This document shows, piece by piece, positions 24,617-37,000 of a stretch of 64,000 bases of DNA (position 1 is the stretch's first letter; each line of letters begins with the position of its first letter). The position numbers and the translations under genes are program-made. Below the pieces are notes generated by a model. That model ran no database searches and was not told the origin of the DNA. It saw only the letters and a list, made by a program, of their open reading frames with translations. The stretch spans positions 95,790,001 through 95,854,000 of the forward strand of contig OX597823.1 in assembly GCA_951406725.2 (NCBI GenBank), in the 5' to 3' direction. The stretch comes from Octopus vulgaris (lineage: Eukaryota).

Positions 24617-27600
24617 GGGTAGAGGGAAGGTTGCTTGGTTGATTGAGGAGTGGTCTTAGAAAATATCATAAAATATTAACACAACCATCACTTTTCTAAG
24701 TGTTGAGTAAACTGGTGCTCGTTATCTATAAATAGTTTATTGTTATTTATTATATTTGTCCCTTTTTTCTCTTTTTTTAACTGAATTTATTTTATTTTGA
24801 GCAACCAATATATTTTTAGTCAAATCTTTTCGTCAAAGTTTTTTTGGCATAAAAAATTCCTTAAAAAATGTATTTTGTAACTAATGATTAATTCATATTC
24901 TGTTATTTCACATTTGTTATTATCATTATTATTATTGATACTCTCCTTTCTGTTGCTGCTGGTCTGGATGTGAGGCGCATCTCTTTTGCTACTCGGAGTA
25001 AATTTTCAGTCCATTTCAAGTGTTTCTACATGTGAATAAGTGGTTTGCTGTTTCTTTACTGCAACATAATACAATCATTATTATTACTACTACTACTACT
25101 ACAATAGCCTCCTTCCTCCATCAGTGTCCAATACAACTACTACCACCACCACCACCACCATCATCACAACCATTACCATTAGTAATACTATTGCCCCCAT
25201 CACCAGAAAATAATTAAGCCAAAAAACAAGAGCAATTATAAATAATCTTGATATAAATTTGCTATTAGGAAAGTGTTTCTGAACGATATATATATATATA
25301 GCCGCAGGAGTGGCTGTGTGGTAAGAGGCTTGCTTACCAACCACATGGTTCCAGGTTCAGTCTCACTGCCTGGGCACTTGTGAGTGGATTTGGTAGAAGG
25401 AAGCTGAAAGAAGACTGTTGTATGTATATATATATATATATATGTGTGTGTATGTGTGTATGTATATGTGTGTGTATGTGTGTGTGTGTGTATGTATGTA
25501 TGTGTGTGTGTGTGTATGTATGTATTTGTGTGTGTGTGTTTGTCCCCCCCCCCCATCGCTTGACAACTGATGTTGTCCCTGTAACTAAGCAGTTCAGCAA
25601 AAGAGAGCCAATAGAATAAGTACTAAGTTTACAAAGAATAAGTCCTGGGGTAATTAGTTCGACTGGAGGCAGTGCTCCAGCATGGCTGCAGTCAAATGAG
25701 CAAGTAAAAGATCAAAAGATTATGAGTGAGTGAACAAATGAAAGAAAGTTGCACTCAATACGTTTGGTTGGCGCTAAAGTCTGACTCAACTCCACATCAC
25801 TTAGTTTCATGGGTGTAGGTCATGTCCACTTCCTCAGATGTACACACAAAATAATGATGGTACACACACAAATATACATACATTTGTGTGTTTGTACATA
25901 TGTGTACACACACACACACACTATAATTTCCTTAAAGATAAAAACCTTTCTTCTTATCACATTCCATGTTTTTGTTAATTGGTGTCAAGACTTTAATCTC
26001 AAACTTGATTAATCTGACGGCAAACTTGGGAAACACTCGATTTGAGTGGATTTGTTTGTGGAATGTTGTTTGTAAATTATATTTGTCCTGACATGTGGCA
26101 GAGACATTTATCACTTTTATAAGACTGCTTAATTTGTGTATACGCATGCATGCAAGTATACTATTAACAATCTATGTGTATGCATGCATGTATGTATGTA
26201 TTGTGTATATGCAAACGGTCGCACACAATATGTAGGTATTGACTTGATAGATACAAAGTGTGCATGGGTAAATATTAACTGGACACACAGATTCTATTGT
26301 AGTGTTGACCTGGTAAATACTGAGTGACAATATGGACAAGACGCAGCTGCACTTATTTTTATCATTTCTCCTTAAGGTTGGCAGAGTTGTTAGCAGACAA
26401 AATGCTTTGCAGTATTTCTCTTTATGTCCTAAGTTCAAATTCCATTGAGGTTCACTTTGTATTTCATCTTTTCGGGCTTCATGAAATGAGTATTAAGCTT
26501 TGGTGTAAAGAAATGCCCTCTCCCTCAAAATCTTCACTTTCTGCCAATAATAGAAAGAATTATTATTTTTATTATTATTATTACTATTATAAGGCAAGGA
26601 GCTGGCAGAATCGTTAGCCCACCGGATAAAAGGCTTAATGACATTTTGTCCGACTTTATGTGCTGAGTTCAATTTCTGCTAATGTCAGCTTTGCCTTTCA
26701 TCCTTTTGGGGTCGATAAAATAAAGGACCAGCCGATGACAGGAATTGATGTAATCAACTAGTTTTCTCCCCCAAAACTGCAGACTTTATGCCTTTCATAA
26801 AAATAATAATTATTATTATCATTGAGGTGGTGAGCTGACAGAATTTTCTGTTGCATTAATTCTGGCTCTTTATGTTCCGAGTTCAAATCTCATCAAACTC
26901 AACTTCCATCTTTTCAGGGATTGATAAAATAAAATAGCAGTGAAGTGGTTGTCAGTTTAGCCAACTTCAGTCCCACATCTTAAAATTGCTGGCCTACAAT
27001 GTTCTGGCCTTGGCCCTTAATTAGAGGGAATTGTTATTAAGGGTGATGGATTGGAAGTGCTGGAGAAAACTTTTGTGCTTTATCGGTTTTGGTTTTTTAT
27101 CTTCTGAGTTCAAATCCCATTGAAGTTACCCTTGTCCTTCCAGCATCAATAAAAAAAAAACACTGGTGGGGTTGGTTTAAGTATGTCCCTTGTCCCAAGA
27201 TTCATCACCCTAAGCTGTTTAGAAATAATTTTTATATCAAATTATAATTGATATTGGTTTCAAATTTTGGCAAAAGGCCAGCAAGTGCAGCGGGTAGGGT
27301 GGAGTAAGTTGATTACATTGACACCAGTACACAACTCGTACTTATTTTATTGACCCTAAACGGATGAAAGGCAAAGTCGACCTTGGTGGAATTTGAACCC
27401 AGAGCATAATGACAAACAAAATGCCATTAAGTATTTTGTCTGGTGTGCTAACGATTCTGCCAGCTTGCCACCTTAATTGTAATTAATACTTGAGAATGAA
27501 TATTTGAAGATTGGTAAGCACTGAATAGTAAGCACTGAAAAGTCAAAGATAAATTGTAAGAGAAACCAAGATAGAAATGTAAAACTTCAATCATTTTGTA

Positions 27601-28356
27601 AAGAATAAGCTACAAACCCAACAGTATTCTGGTCCTTCTCCCCTAAAAACATAAGACCTTGTGCATATTCAGCAGAAAACAATAGTTAGAAATAAATGGT
27701 TGTTGTGCTGCTGCAGTTTCAGTCAGCTTTGTCCGAACTAAATTCTGACATTGAGCTAACCAACCAATCAAGGCATTTAGCAGTGTAAAAAGCTTTGTTG
27801 CAGTTGTAAAAAAAAAAAAAGAAATGGTAAAGAGAATATGCTGCTGGATTGCTAGCTCATACTCAGATTCTGTTAGTATTTCACTGAGAGTCTGCATCGA
27901 ACAATTCTATTTAGTTTTTGGCAATGGTTATCAGCAATAGACTGATGATTTAAACAAAGGGTTGGGTTACCATTTACTTGAGTGCCGTGAAACTGGAGTT
28001 AAGTGTTGGAACTTAAATGTCACTTGGGGACTCGTGAGATATTCATATTACACAAAGAAAAAACGAAAACTTAGACACAAAAACCTCGTTTGACATTTGT
28101 TTAAAATTAATAATTATAAATAGAAATGTTTCAAGAATCTATTTCTTTATTTGAAAACCTGCTCCGTCCTGGAACATTCTTCTATGAAATAATATAACTT
28201 TTTTAACTCTCTAAAATTGTATAAAGCCTTAAATCCTGCTATAAATATCATTTTTGGTTTGGCATCCTGTATTTCTACTTTCGTATCCCCGCTGGGCCAT
28301 GATGATAACCAGTTTTTTAAATTTATTTGTTTAGTCTTTTATTTTTGTCTCCTCAG

Positions 28357-28712
28357 GTAATGTTGAACTAAACTATTCAAGATTTTCCATCTACAAGACT
28401 CTGGAGCAGATCAGTGCAACCTTACGCTGGGCAAATGGCCTGATGGAGGAACACAAACCTTGGCAATTGGTGAAGCACTGTGACCAGAAAGACCACCTCA
28501 ACACATTGCTGCACATCACCCTGGAAACATTGCGGGTTTGTGCATTATTGCTATCACCTGTAATTCCAGAACTTTCTGGTAAACTTCTAAATAGATTAGG
28601 TGTCCCTCCAGAAAACCAAACTTGGAATGATATTAGATCCCAGCAACAAACCAATCAACCTTTAGGGAACGACAGCAGTGTTTTACTGAAACGAATAAAA
28701 TTCCAACATTGA
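28357..28712 (+). CDS. MARS2: MARS2 terminal coding exon
   Basis: Acceptor tttttgtctcctcag; (G)NVELNYSRFSIYKTLEQISATLRWANGLMEEHKPWQL...LETLRVCALLLSPVIPELSGKLLNRLG...RIKFQH*; the eight exons sum to 1233 nt = 411 codons in frame. Confidence 0.94.
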
Positions 28713-28798
28713 AAACCAACAGAATTTCTCTTATATTTCTTCATGTTTTTGTATTTATATTTCTAATGTTTTCTTCTTGTCAGGTTTTCTACTGTAGC

Positions 28799-28804
28799 AA
28801 TAAA
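28799..28804 (+). promoter_or_regulatory. Probable MARS2 polyadenylation signal AATAAA
   Basis: First AATAAA downstream of the stop codon (~87 nt), after a U-rich 3'UTR. Confidence 0.55.
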
Positions 28805-30777
28805 CCATTTTAGCCATTTTGAAATGTGGCGCGAATTGGCAATATGACGTAATGTCTTTGCCGAAGAATTATCATTTTCGGTTTTTTCCATTGGTTAATA
28901 TAACTGCTCATATAGGGATTCTAGAAGTTTCGTAAAGAATATCTGTCATGAATTTCGATTCTTTTTAGTCAAGTTGAGCAGTTATAAAAACCCTGGATTT
29001 TGGAAAATAAATCAGTGTTCGTTTGGTAGTCACTCAACTCCACATCACTCACTCTTTTGGAGACATCGGTAATTTTTTATGCCATGTCTAAGTTAATCAC
29101 AAATCTATTTTGATTTGTTGGTTAACGTATTAGATAGAAAGAAGAAATTAGCTAAGGAATTTATAGTCGTTTTTCTTCACGACGAAGTTATCTTTCTTAC
29201 TGTAAATAAATATAAAATGTTATATTTATATAATAAAAAATGATTAAAAAGAATATGTTTCTCTTCACGTTTGTTTTTCAACTGAGCATAGATAAATATG
29301 CATTTCTGTAATCTTTGATTTATGTTTCTTATAGCGATTTAAAGGACACGATTAAAATATTCAACATACATGGTCGTTGATGTAGCGTTCCATGCGTATA
29401 TGTCTATATGACGTTATAACGGCAGTTAGGGTTTTAGATATGATGATAACACTTGAGTATAAGTGACGTTGAATCATTATATTTTCCCTTACTCAGAGGA
29501 AAGCCTAAATAAATAATATAACTTAAGAGAAAGCTTAAGGTAGAATAAACCGACAACCGCCGTAGGAAACTACAATATGTATGTCTTATAGAACAAAGGG
29601 CAAATAGCATCTATAACTCACAAGAATCTCTCTCACAGCTGACAATAACTGGTTTCGGTGAAAGTGAAGTATAGAACACTGTGTATCAGAACTAATTGAA
29701 CCAGAAAATTAAGATTCTTAATTAAAGAATAACAGACCTGTGATCCATTATTGGTGATGCTGAGTATTTATTAAGTGAAATTATTTCACAGTCCCTGGGC
29801 AGGACTCCAGTCTCTTAAAAGTAACTTTCCACATAAAATTTTCATCAATTAAAACTTCATGGGTTACTCCATTAATTATACTATAAATAGATAAATATAT
29901 ACATGATATATGTATATTATATATGTGTGTGTGTCATCATCGTTTAACGTCCGCTTTCCATGCTAGCATGGGTTGGACGATTTGACTGAGGACTGGCAAA
30001 CCAGATGGCTGCACCAGGCTCCAATCTGATTTGGCAAAGTTTCTACAGCTGGATGCCCTTCCTAACACCAACCGCTCTGAGTGTGTAGTGGGTGCTTTTA
30101 TGTGACACCGGCATGAGAGCCAGTCAGATGGTTCTGGCAACAACCACACTCAAAAGGTGTTTTTTACGTGCTACCTGCATGGGAGCCAGTCCGGCGGCAC
30201 TGGCATCGACCACACTCGAATGTTGTTTTTCACGTTCCACCAGCAGATTTACCAGTAAGGCGATGCTGGCAACGGTCACACTTGAATGGTGCTTTTAACG
30301 TGCCACTGGCACAGGAGCCAATCTGTGGCCCTGGCAATGACCACGCTCAGATGTGCTTTTAATGTTCCACTGGCACGAGTGCCAATCAGGCGGTACTGTC
30401 ATCAGCCATGTCAGTGATTTTGATTTGTTTTTGTGTGTGTGTTTAAATACACACACACACTATGAGGTGGTGAAGCATGACCTTCGAACATTGGGCCTCA
30501 CAGAGGCAATGACAAAAGACTGAGACCTCTGGTGATATGCTGTGACTGTAAAGACCCGGAAAATAAAGTGAGTTCACAGCTGTGACCTACACCAGTGTTG
30601 CATAACTAGCCCACTCAAAAGTACCTTGGATCGTAGGGTGACATGCCATGCTTGAGAAGACCTATTTAGTCAAGTACATCAACTTCAAAATCAAATGGAA
30701 ATTGTAGTTGTGATCCCTGTGTCAGTGGCACATAAAAAGTACCATCTGAGTGTGACCAATGCTAGCGCTGCTTTGAC

Positions 30778-31015
30778 TGGCTTCTTTCCAGAGGCAGGGC
30801 AAGGAACCAAATTCTGCTGCCGCAGATATGGCCTTTTGGCAGTAACCCTCTCCAGCTAAGATTTGACCAATCTCCAGCAGCTTTACATAGCCGTCTGAAT
30901 TGAGCCAAAGGCCCTTCTCAAAAGTGCGGGGTCACATGACACCACCCTCACTGTAGACACACCCAAAGACCATCACAGTATGAGGGAACTTGGTTTTCAT
31001 AATGTCTGTGGCATC
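30778..31015 (-). pseudogene. Tc1/mariner-superfamily transposase fragment
   Basis: Minus strand IMKTKFPHTVMVFGCVYSEGGVM*PRTFEKGLWLNSDGYVKLLE then ..KRPYLRQQ; same family as 44947. Confidence 0.7.
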
Positions 31016-34000
31016 ATATGGATGTCTTTACAATGTTCCCAGAGCACTGAGCAGCTGCCATCATGTCAACATTTTCATACTCGGCATGAATCATCATCAT
31101 CATCATACAAGTAACTCTGCTCCAATATTCGGATGCTCTCCAGTCCTCCATATCAGATGACTTTTTCTCAACTACAACTTTAATCTTTATGCTCTCCAAC
31201 GCCATTGACCTGTTCACCAAAACATCAAGCTGTTGGTGAGCAAAAGGAGGCATAAAACAATCACCAAATTTAGCCTGATCACCCTGTATTTATATCCCTT
31301 GATGTTATGAGTTCAAATCCCACCAATCATTGCTTTTTATTCTTCCACAGTCGATAAATTAACTACGAGTCATGTAGTACAATCACTCCGACTGATTATC
31401 CATTCCCCTTAAATCAATCTAATTGACTACCCACTTCCATGCCATAGATCTTCATTATCTGCTTGCATCAAATTTGTAGCTTTCACCCTATCACAAATCT
31501 ACGTATTATTTGTTTCCGGTCACCAAACCAATATTGCATGCAGGCAACAAGATCGTCTGCATCATATTCTGCTGGAGATTTCCCTCACAACATGAAACTA
31601 ATGCAGTGGTGTGCATGTCCCACGGGTGGAGACATAGCAATATTTTGATAGACTGGAAGTTACTTCAGAATGGGGCGTAAGTAACAAAGAAATAAAACTT
31701 GCAATGTTTTAATTAAGACTTTTGAGTAAAAACGAGTACTGGAATTTACTTGAAACATTGCAATACATAAATGATATAAACATTAAAGAAAATTCTTTGG
31801 GCCGTGCTGGTGAGAAGTTAAGCAAAATATGCAAGGTGTAGCCAATAAATAAAAATAAAGAGAAAAGATATTATATTACCTTACATGGTTTGTTTAATGC
31901 TTCTTTACTATTTCGGGAAAGATTCCCCTTATCAAATAAAAGGAAGCAAACAATCCAAGCGTTCCGAGAAAAGTGTTGTTACCAGCATATATATTTGTTA
32001 TTAACCATAGCAGTTTTAGTACCGAAAGCAATCTGCATATCTTACTCAACATGGTTGTATTAATAGAAAGCCACAATGCTGTGATATTCATCATGAGAAG
32101 GCATCTCATGGAGATGTATAGTGCTAAAAGGCACCAAAGTATCAGTAACAGATGTAAAATGTCCAGCAGCAGCAGTAGAATTGCTACATCGTAAAATTTC
32201 TGTGTATTTCTATGTCATCCGTATCCATTATCATTGTATGCTTCAACAAATTTCCCCTCTACTGATTTATAAAATAACTGATTGATCAGTCACTGATGTT
32301 GCAAATAACTGGCAGGCTGTGTAAAAATTCATTACTAGCAATGCCAGCAATATAAGTATACCTACTGATATGCAAATACACAGAAGTCACATGATCTAGC
32401 AATCCCACCACCATCACCGGTGCTGGACATTTTTTTGTCTCAGTTCTTTTTAGTGGTATACATGTGTCTGTGAGGCCTTCTCAAGATGAAGGCTGCTGTG
32501 TTGTGGCTTTGGACAATCTATCCGCTTTAGATAAAAGATGCTGGGTGCTTTTATGCATCTTTTATCATTTACTCGTTTCAGTTATTAGACTGTGGCCTTG
32601 CTGGGATGCTGCAGTTAAGAGCTTTTAGTCAAATGAATTGACCCCCAGTTCTTATTCTGTCAGTTTCCTTTGTGAAACTGCTAAGTTACAGAGACATAAA
32701 CACATCAACACTGGTTAGCTTGTCAGGCAGTGGTGGGGCACAGACACAAAGACACACACACACTGGGCTTCGTCTCAGTTTCCATCTTCCAAATCCATTC
32801 ACAAAGCTTTTTGGTTGACCCGAGACTATAATTAAAGACTTTGCCCAAGGTGCCACACAGTGGGATTGAACCCAGAACCACGTGGTTGGGAAGAAAATTT
32901 CTTACCACACAGCCACTCTTGTGCCTACACACACACACACACTTTGTCCATTCAGGATTAGAAAACCAAAATGAGTGGGTAACAAAATGGCTGAAAAACA
33001 GTGAACAAATGTAAAAACGGTGGTTGTGATGGTGGTGGTGGTTGTGATGGTGGTGGTGGTGGTGGTTGTGATGATGGTGGTGGTGATGGTGGTAAGGTTA
33101 TGATTGTGTTGTGTAATGGATGTTGCACTACTGTGGTGGGGCAAAAGTATCCATCGTGATGTTGATGTGTTGCTTAATCTAGCCGAACAGATTTGAAATC
33201 AAAGATGTTCTAGCCATGACCATCCTGTCTTTTATGCAAATATAGTGCATCTAGCATAACCATTATGCAAAGATTTGAAGGATATCTGGCTGCTATTTTT
33301 AGCAGGTTGAGTAACCATGTAGTAGCTTCCTCATTGGTGTATGGTGGTGGAAGTGGTGAAAATATTTAGAGAGGGTGGAGGGTGTCATTGTGGTGTATTT
33401 GGTAGAAGTTAGAGGTGATGGCAGTGGCAGGGTTAATGTTGATATTGGTAGTGGTGGTGGGGGTAACGGCACACATGGAATGATTTTTTTTTCCCCCAAA
33501 ACAATTGTGCTATATATTTAAATATTATGATTCATCAAACTTCCATCCAATGAAATGGTTTTCTCTTTAAACCCCCCTGACCCCCCCCCCGTCTCCCATT
33601 TTTTTATTTGTGCCTCTTTCTCTTTCCTCAGGATATGTCTCTCGTCTTTGCTTATGGAAAATGTGTGACAAGCACACACAGACAGACATGCACACACACA
33701 CACACATTCTCATAACCAAAATATACAATCATTAGAACCTTCAGAAAATATTTCTGAAATGTGGAAACCCAAATCAGCTGATCTCCCTCTTGTTATTGGT
33801 TTTTACTGTTGTGAATGTGTGTATGGTGGGGTGAGGGGGTGAAGGCTTGTGGCGTAGTGGTTTGGGTATTCAGCTCATGATCACAAGGTCGTGAGCTCAA
33901 TTCCTAGTAGCACCTTGTGTCCTTGGGCAAAGCACTTTATTTCATGTTGCTCCAGTTCACTCAGCTGGCAAAAGTGTGTTGTACCTGTAATTCACATGGG

Positions 34001-37000
34001 GCCAGCCATATCAGATTCTGAGTCATGCTGAATCTCCCTGAGAACAATGTCAAGGGTGTCTGTGGAGTCCTCAGCCACTTACATGTTAATTTCACGAGCA
34101 GGCTGTTCGGTTGGTCAGATCAGCTGGAACCCTCATCGTCGTAACCATACTGTTTAACAGTATGGTTATGTATGTGTGTGTGACTTTAAATCGACATATG
34201 TCTGTACACGTAGGCTTTAATTCTTATGAAACGCCCATCGTATTCAACAAATGCTTCCTTGTAAAACTCGCCCACAAGATTCCGCTGACAGATTCTGGTG
34301 GTGATTACAAGAACAGGAGAAAAGTGATTTGTACTGGCCTAATATCATACAGTTTTATAGGAGAAGGAATCAACGCTGGTCTGGTTGTTAATTGTTCAAA
34401 GAAAGAATTAATCTATATAATGCTAATTATAGTATAGAAAGGGAATTATTCTAAAGACTGCAGACCTCTTCAAGTGCTTGTTTAGAGTTTGGAGAAATAA
34501 GTTTTGAAAAAAGCAGCAGAAGCAATGAGCATGTTAAAAATTCTATGGAAGACTAACTGTCACACAACACAGACACGCACACACACACATAGTAAGATCA
34601 ATATTACTTTATGGTCATCCATTCTGGCATTGCTACATTTGACATTAAATTCTTAGGAATTAAGTAGAATATAAGGAATTGGATGGCATGATCACAAGAG
34701 AGTGAGGAACATGGTTTATGTAAGATTGAGGATAATTTTACGATGATGGAGGGTGGGGAGGCATCACATACGTGAGATAGAAATATTGTTTGGGATGTAA
34801 TTAGGTGGAGAGCAGAAGAGAGAGAGAGAGAGAAAGAGTGTGTGTGTGTGGGTAAGAATGGTGCAATAGGAAACAAAGGAGGAATATTGAGATAAGGGAC
34901 ACGGCACAAGATGGATGTGTTTGGTGAAAATTCTTCAAAATTCTATGCACACCACTGGAAGAAGAATATTGGTTTCAAATTTCAGTGGAGGGGGTAAGTC
35001 AATTACGTCAACCCTACTGTTCAACTGGTACTTATTTTATTTTGACCCCAAAGGATAAAAGGCAAAGTCAACCTTGGCATAATTTGAACTCAGAACATAT
35101 AAAGACCGGTGAAATGCTTAGCAGCATTTCACCCAGCATGCTAACAATTCTGCCACCCTAGAAGAAGAACATATTAATAAATTAATTAATGACACTCTCT
35201 ATACCATTTGTTTGACTGGTAATTTAATTATATAACTTTTTAACTCAATCACTTACTAATGAATACACTATTATGCAAATTGAATCGACCAGTTTAACTA
35301 AACCTATGTTTGTGTTTCATAAAAATAACTGTAAACTTTCAATCTCTCCATGCGTAAAGGTAATGGGTGTATGTTCTCTGATGAATCTCCAAATAGAGTT
35401 CAACTTGCTTACTTAATATAAGATCACAAACTGTTAGTCACATAAAGTTAGAAACAATGTACCTCAGCAATGTCTTTGTAACCTCAGATATATTGCCAAC
35501 TGCCCTCTGAACAATAGGTGCTTCAAGAAGGAGCTAGTGTAGAGAGATGACTTTGACAAGATACTGAAAACATGTCAATATCATTGAGATCACTTTGAAG
35601 ACTTGGTACATACAGTATTCCACCAGAGAACATAGGAAGAAAAAGAAACTCTTTCTTACTTTCAAGATTCAACTGATGGATTGTGATGAGGAACACAGCT
35701 TTCAGATGTAGTATCACAGCAAGTGCAAGAAAATACTGTGGGAATGGGGAGAAAATGAAATCTATGTACAATGAAGGAAACATCGTCAACAAAAAGAAAC
35801 CTTTTGCCTGCACACAATCATTCAAACACGTCCCTGTCCTGACTGAGTATCAGAATCAACCTGGTTACCCCACCCCCACTAACCCCATCTTATTCACCTT
35901 TCCCTCATGTTCTCTTTTATTTCTCCACTCTCCCCCACCCCATCAACCAACATCATACCCCTTCTACCACAAACATTTATCCTACATCCTGACTGAGCCC
36001 CTGAAGGACATTGACTTTTGCTTTTGAAGAATATTCTTTGCCTAACCATTTTGCTGACCCTTCTCACACAGGAGGGGCAAAAAAAGCGTTTCTGCAATAC
36101 AGTCCTTGTGGTAGGTTTTAGGGAACTAATCATTGTACACACCACCACAGAGCTTTGGGTGGAAGTGCTGTAAATAACAAACTACAATAGAACTTGGCAA
36201 GCCGGAAGCACAACAAGAGATCTCCACCATAATGCTATGGACTTTTAGTGGACAAACCCAGACTTGATCTGCTAAAAGCTTGAAAAAAGAATCTAAAAAG
36301 ATCTCAGACAGGCAATTACAACAGCAACATCTATAAGATGGTGGGGAGGCACAGAACAATTCTGAAATGAATTATAGATGAACCCTAAACCGACAGGCAG
36401 CCAGCCACAGCACAGTTCTTGAATGGTGAGTATTAAGAAAATAGTGACAGCAGAACCAATGCAGACAGACACATAAACCATCAGTTGCCAGACAACCATG
36501 CAACGTAATTTATTATTACTGAAAGTTCAGAGCTAGAAATTGAGTCCAGCTCATGGCACTGCACCAAGTAACATATAGAACAACAATGTCTAGAAGTAAG
36601 TTAAACGGTGGAGATATTATATAACTGCCAAAAACTGAATCTATCCAAAAGAACTTTGTAACATTATAACTATTTTGCAGTTGGGTTTTCTATTTACTGC
36701 AAATGCACTTCTTTGCAGTTGTTAATTGTGTGTGTGTGTGTGTGTGTGCGTATGTGTTCTTCTGTAGCTATCAATCGCAGACTTGCTGTGAATATGACTC
36801 CAAAACTGTCTTTAATGACAGTAGTACTTCAGCTAAGAGAAAAAAAACAGTTTTACCAGGTGCTGCTTCCTTTTTGGCTGTTAAAAACCGTGTTTTTCGT
36901 TGAAAAGGAGACTGGAATTCAGCATCACCTCCCGACAAGAGCTGTGTCTCTGTTGGACATCTTGGCATACAGTCAGACATTTTACTGACTGTTGGAATGC

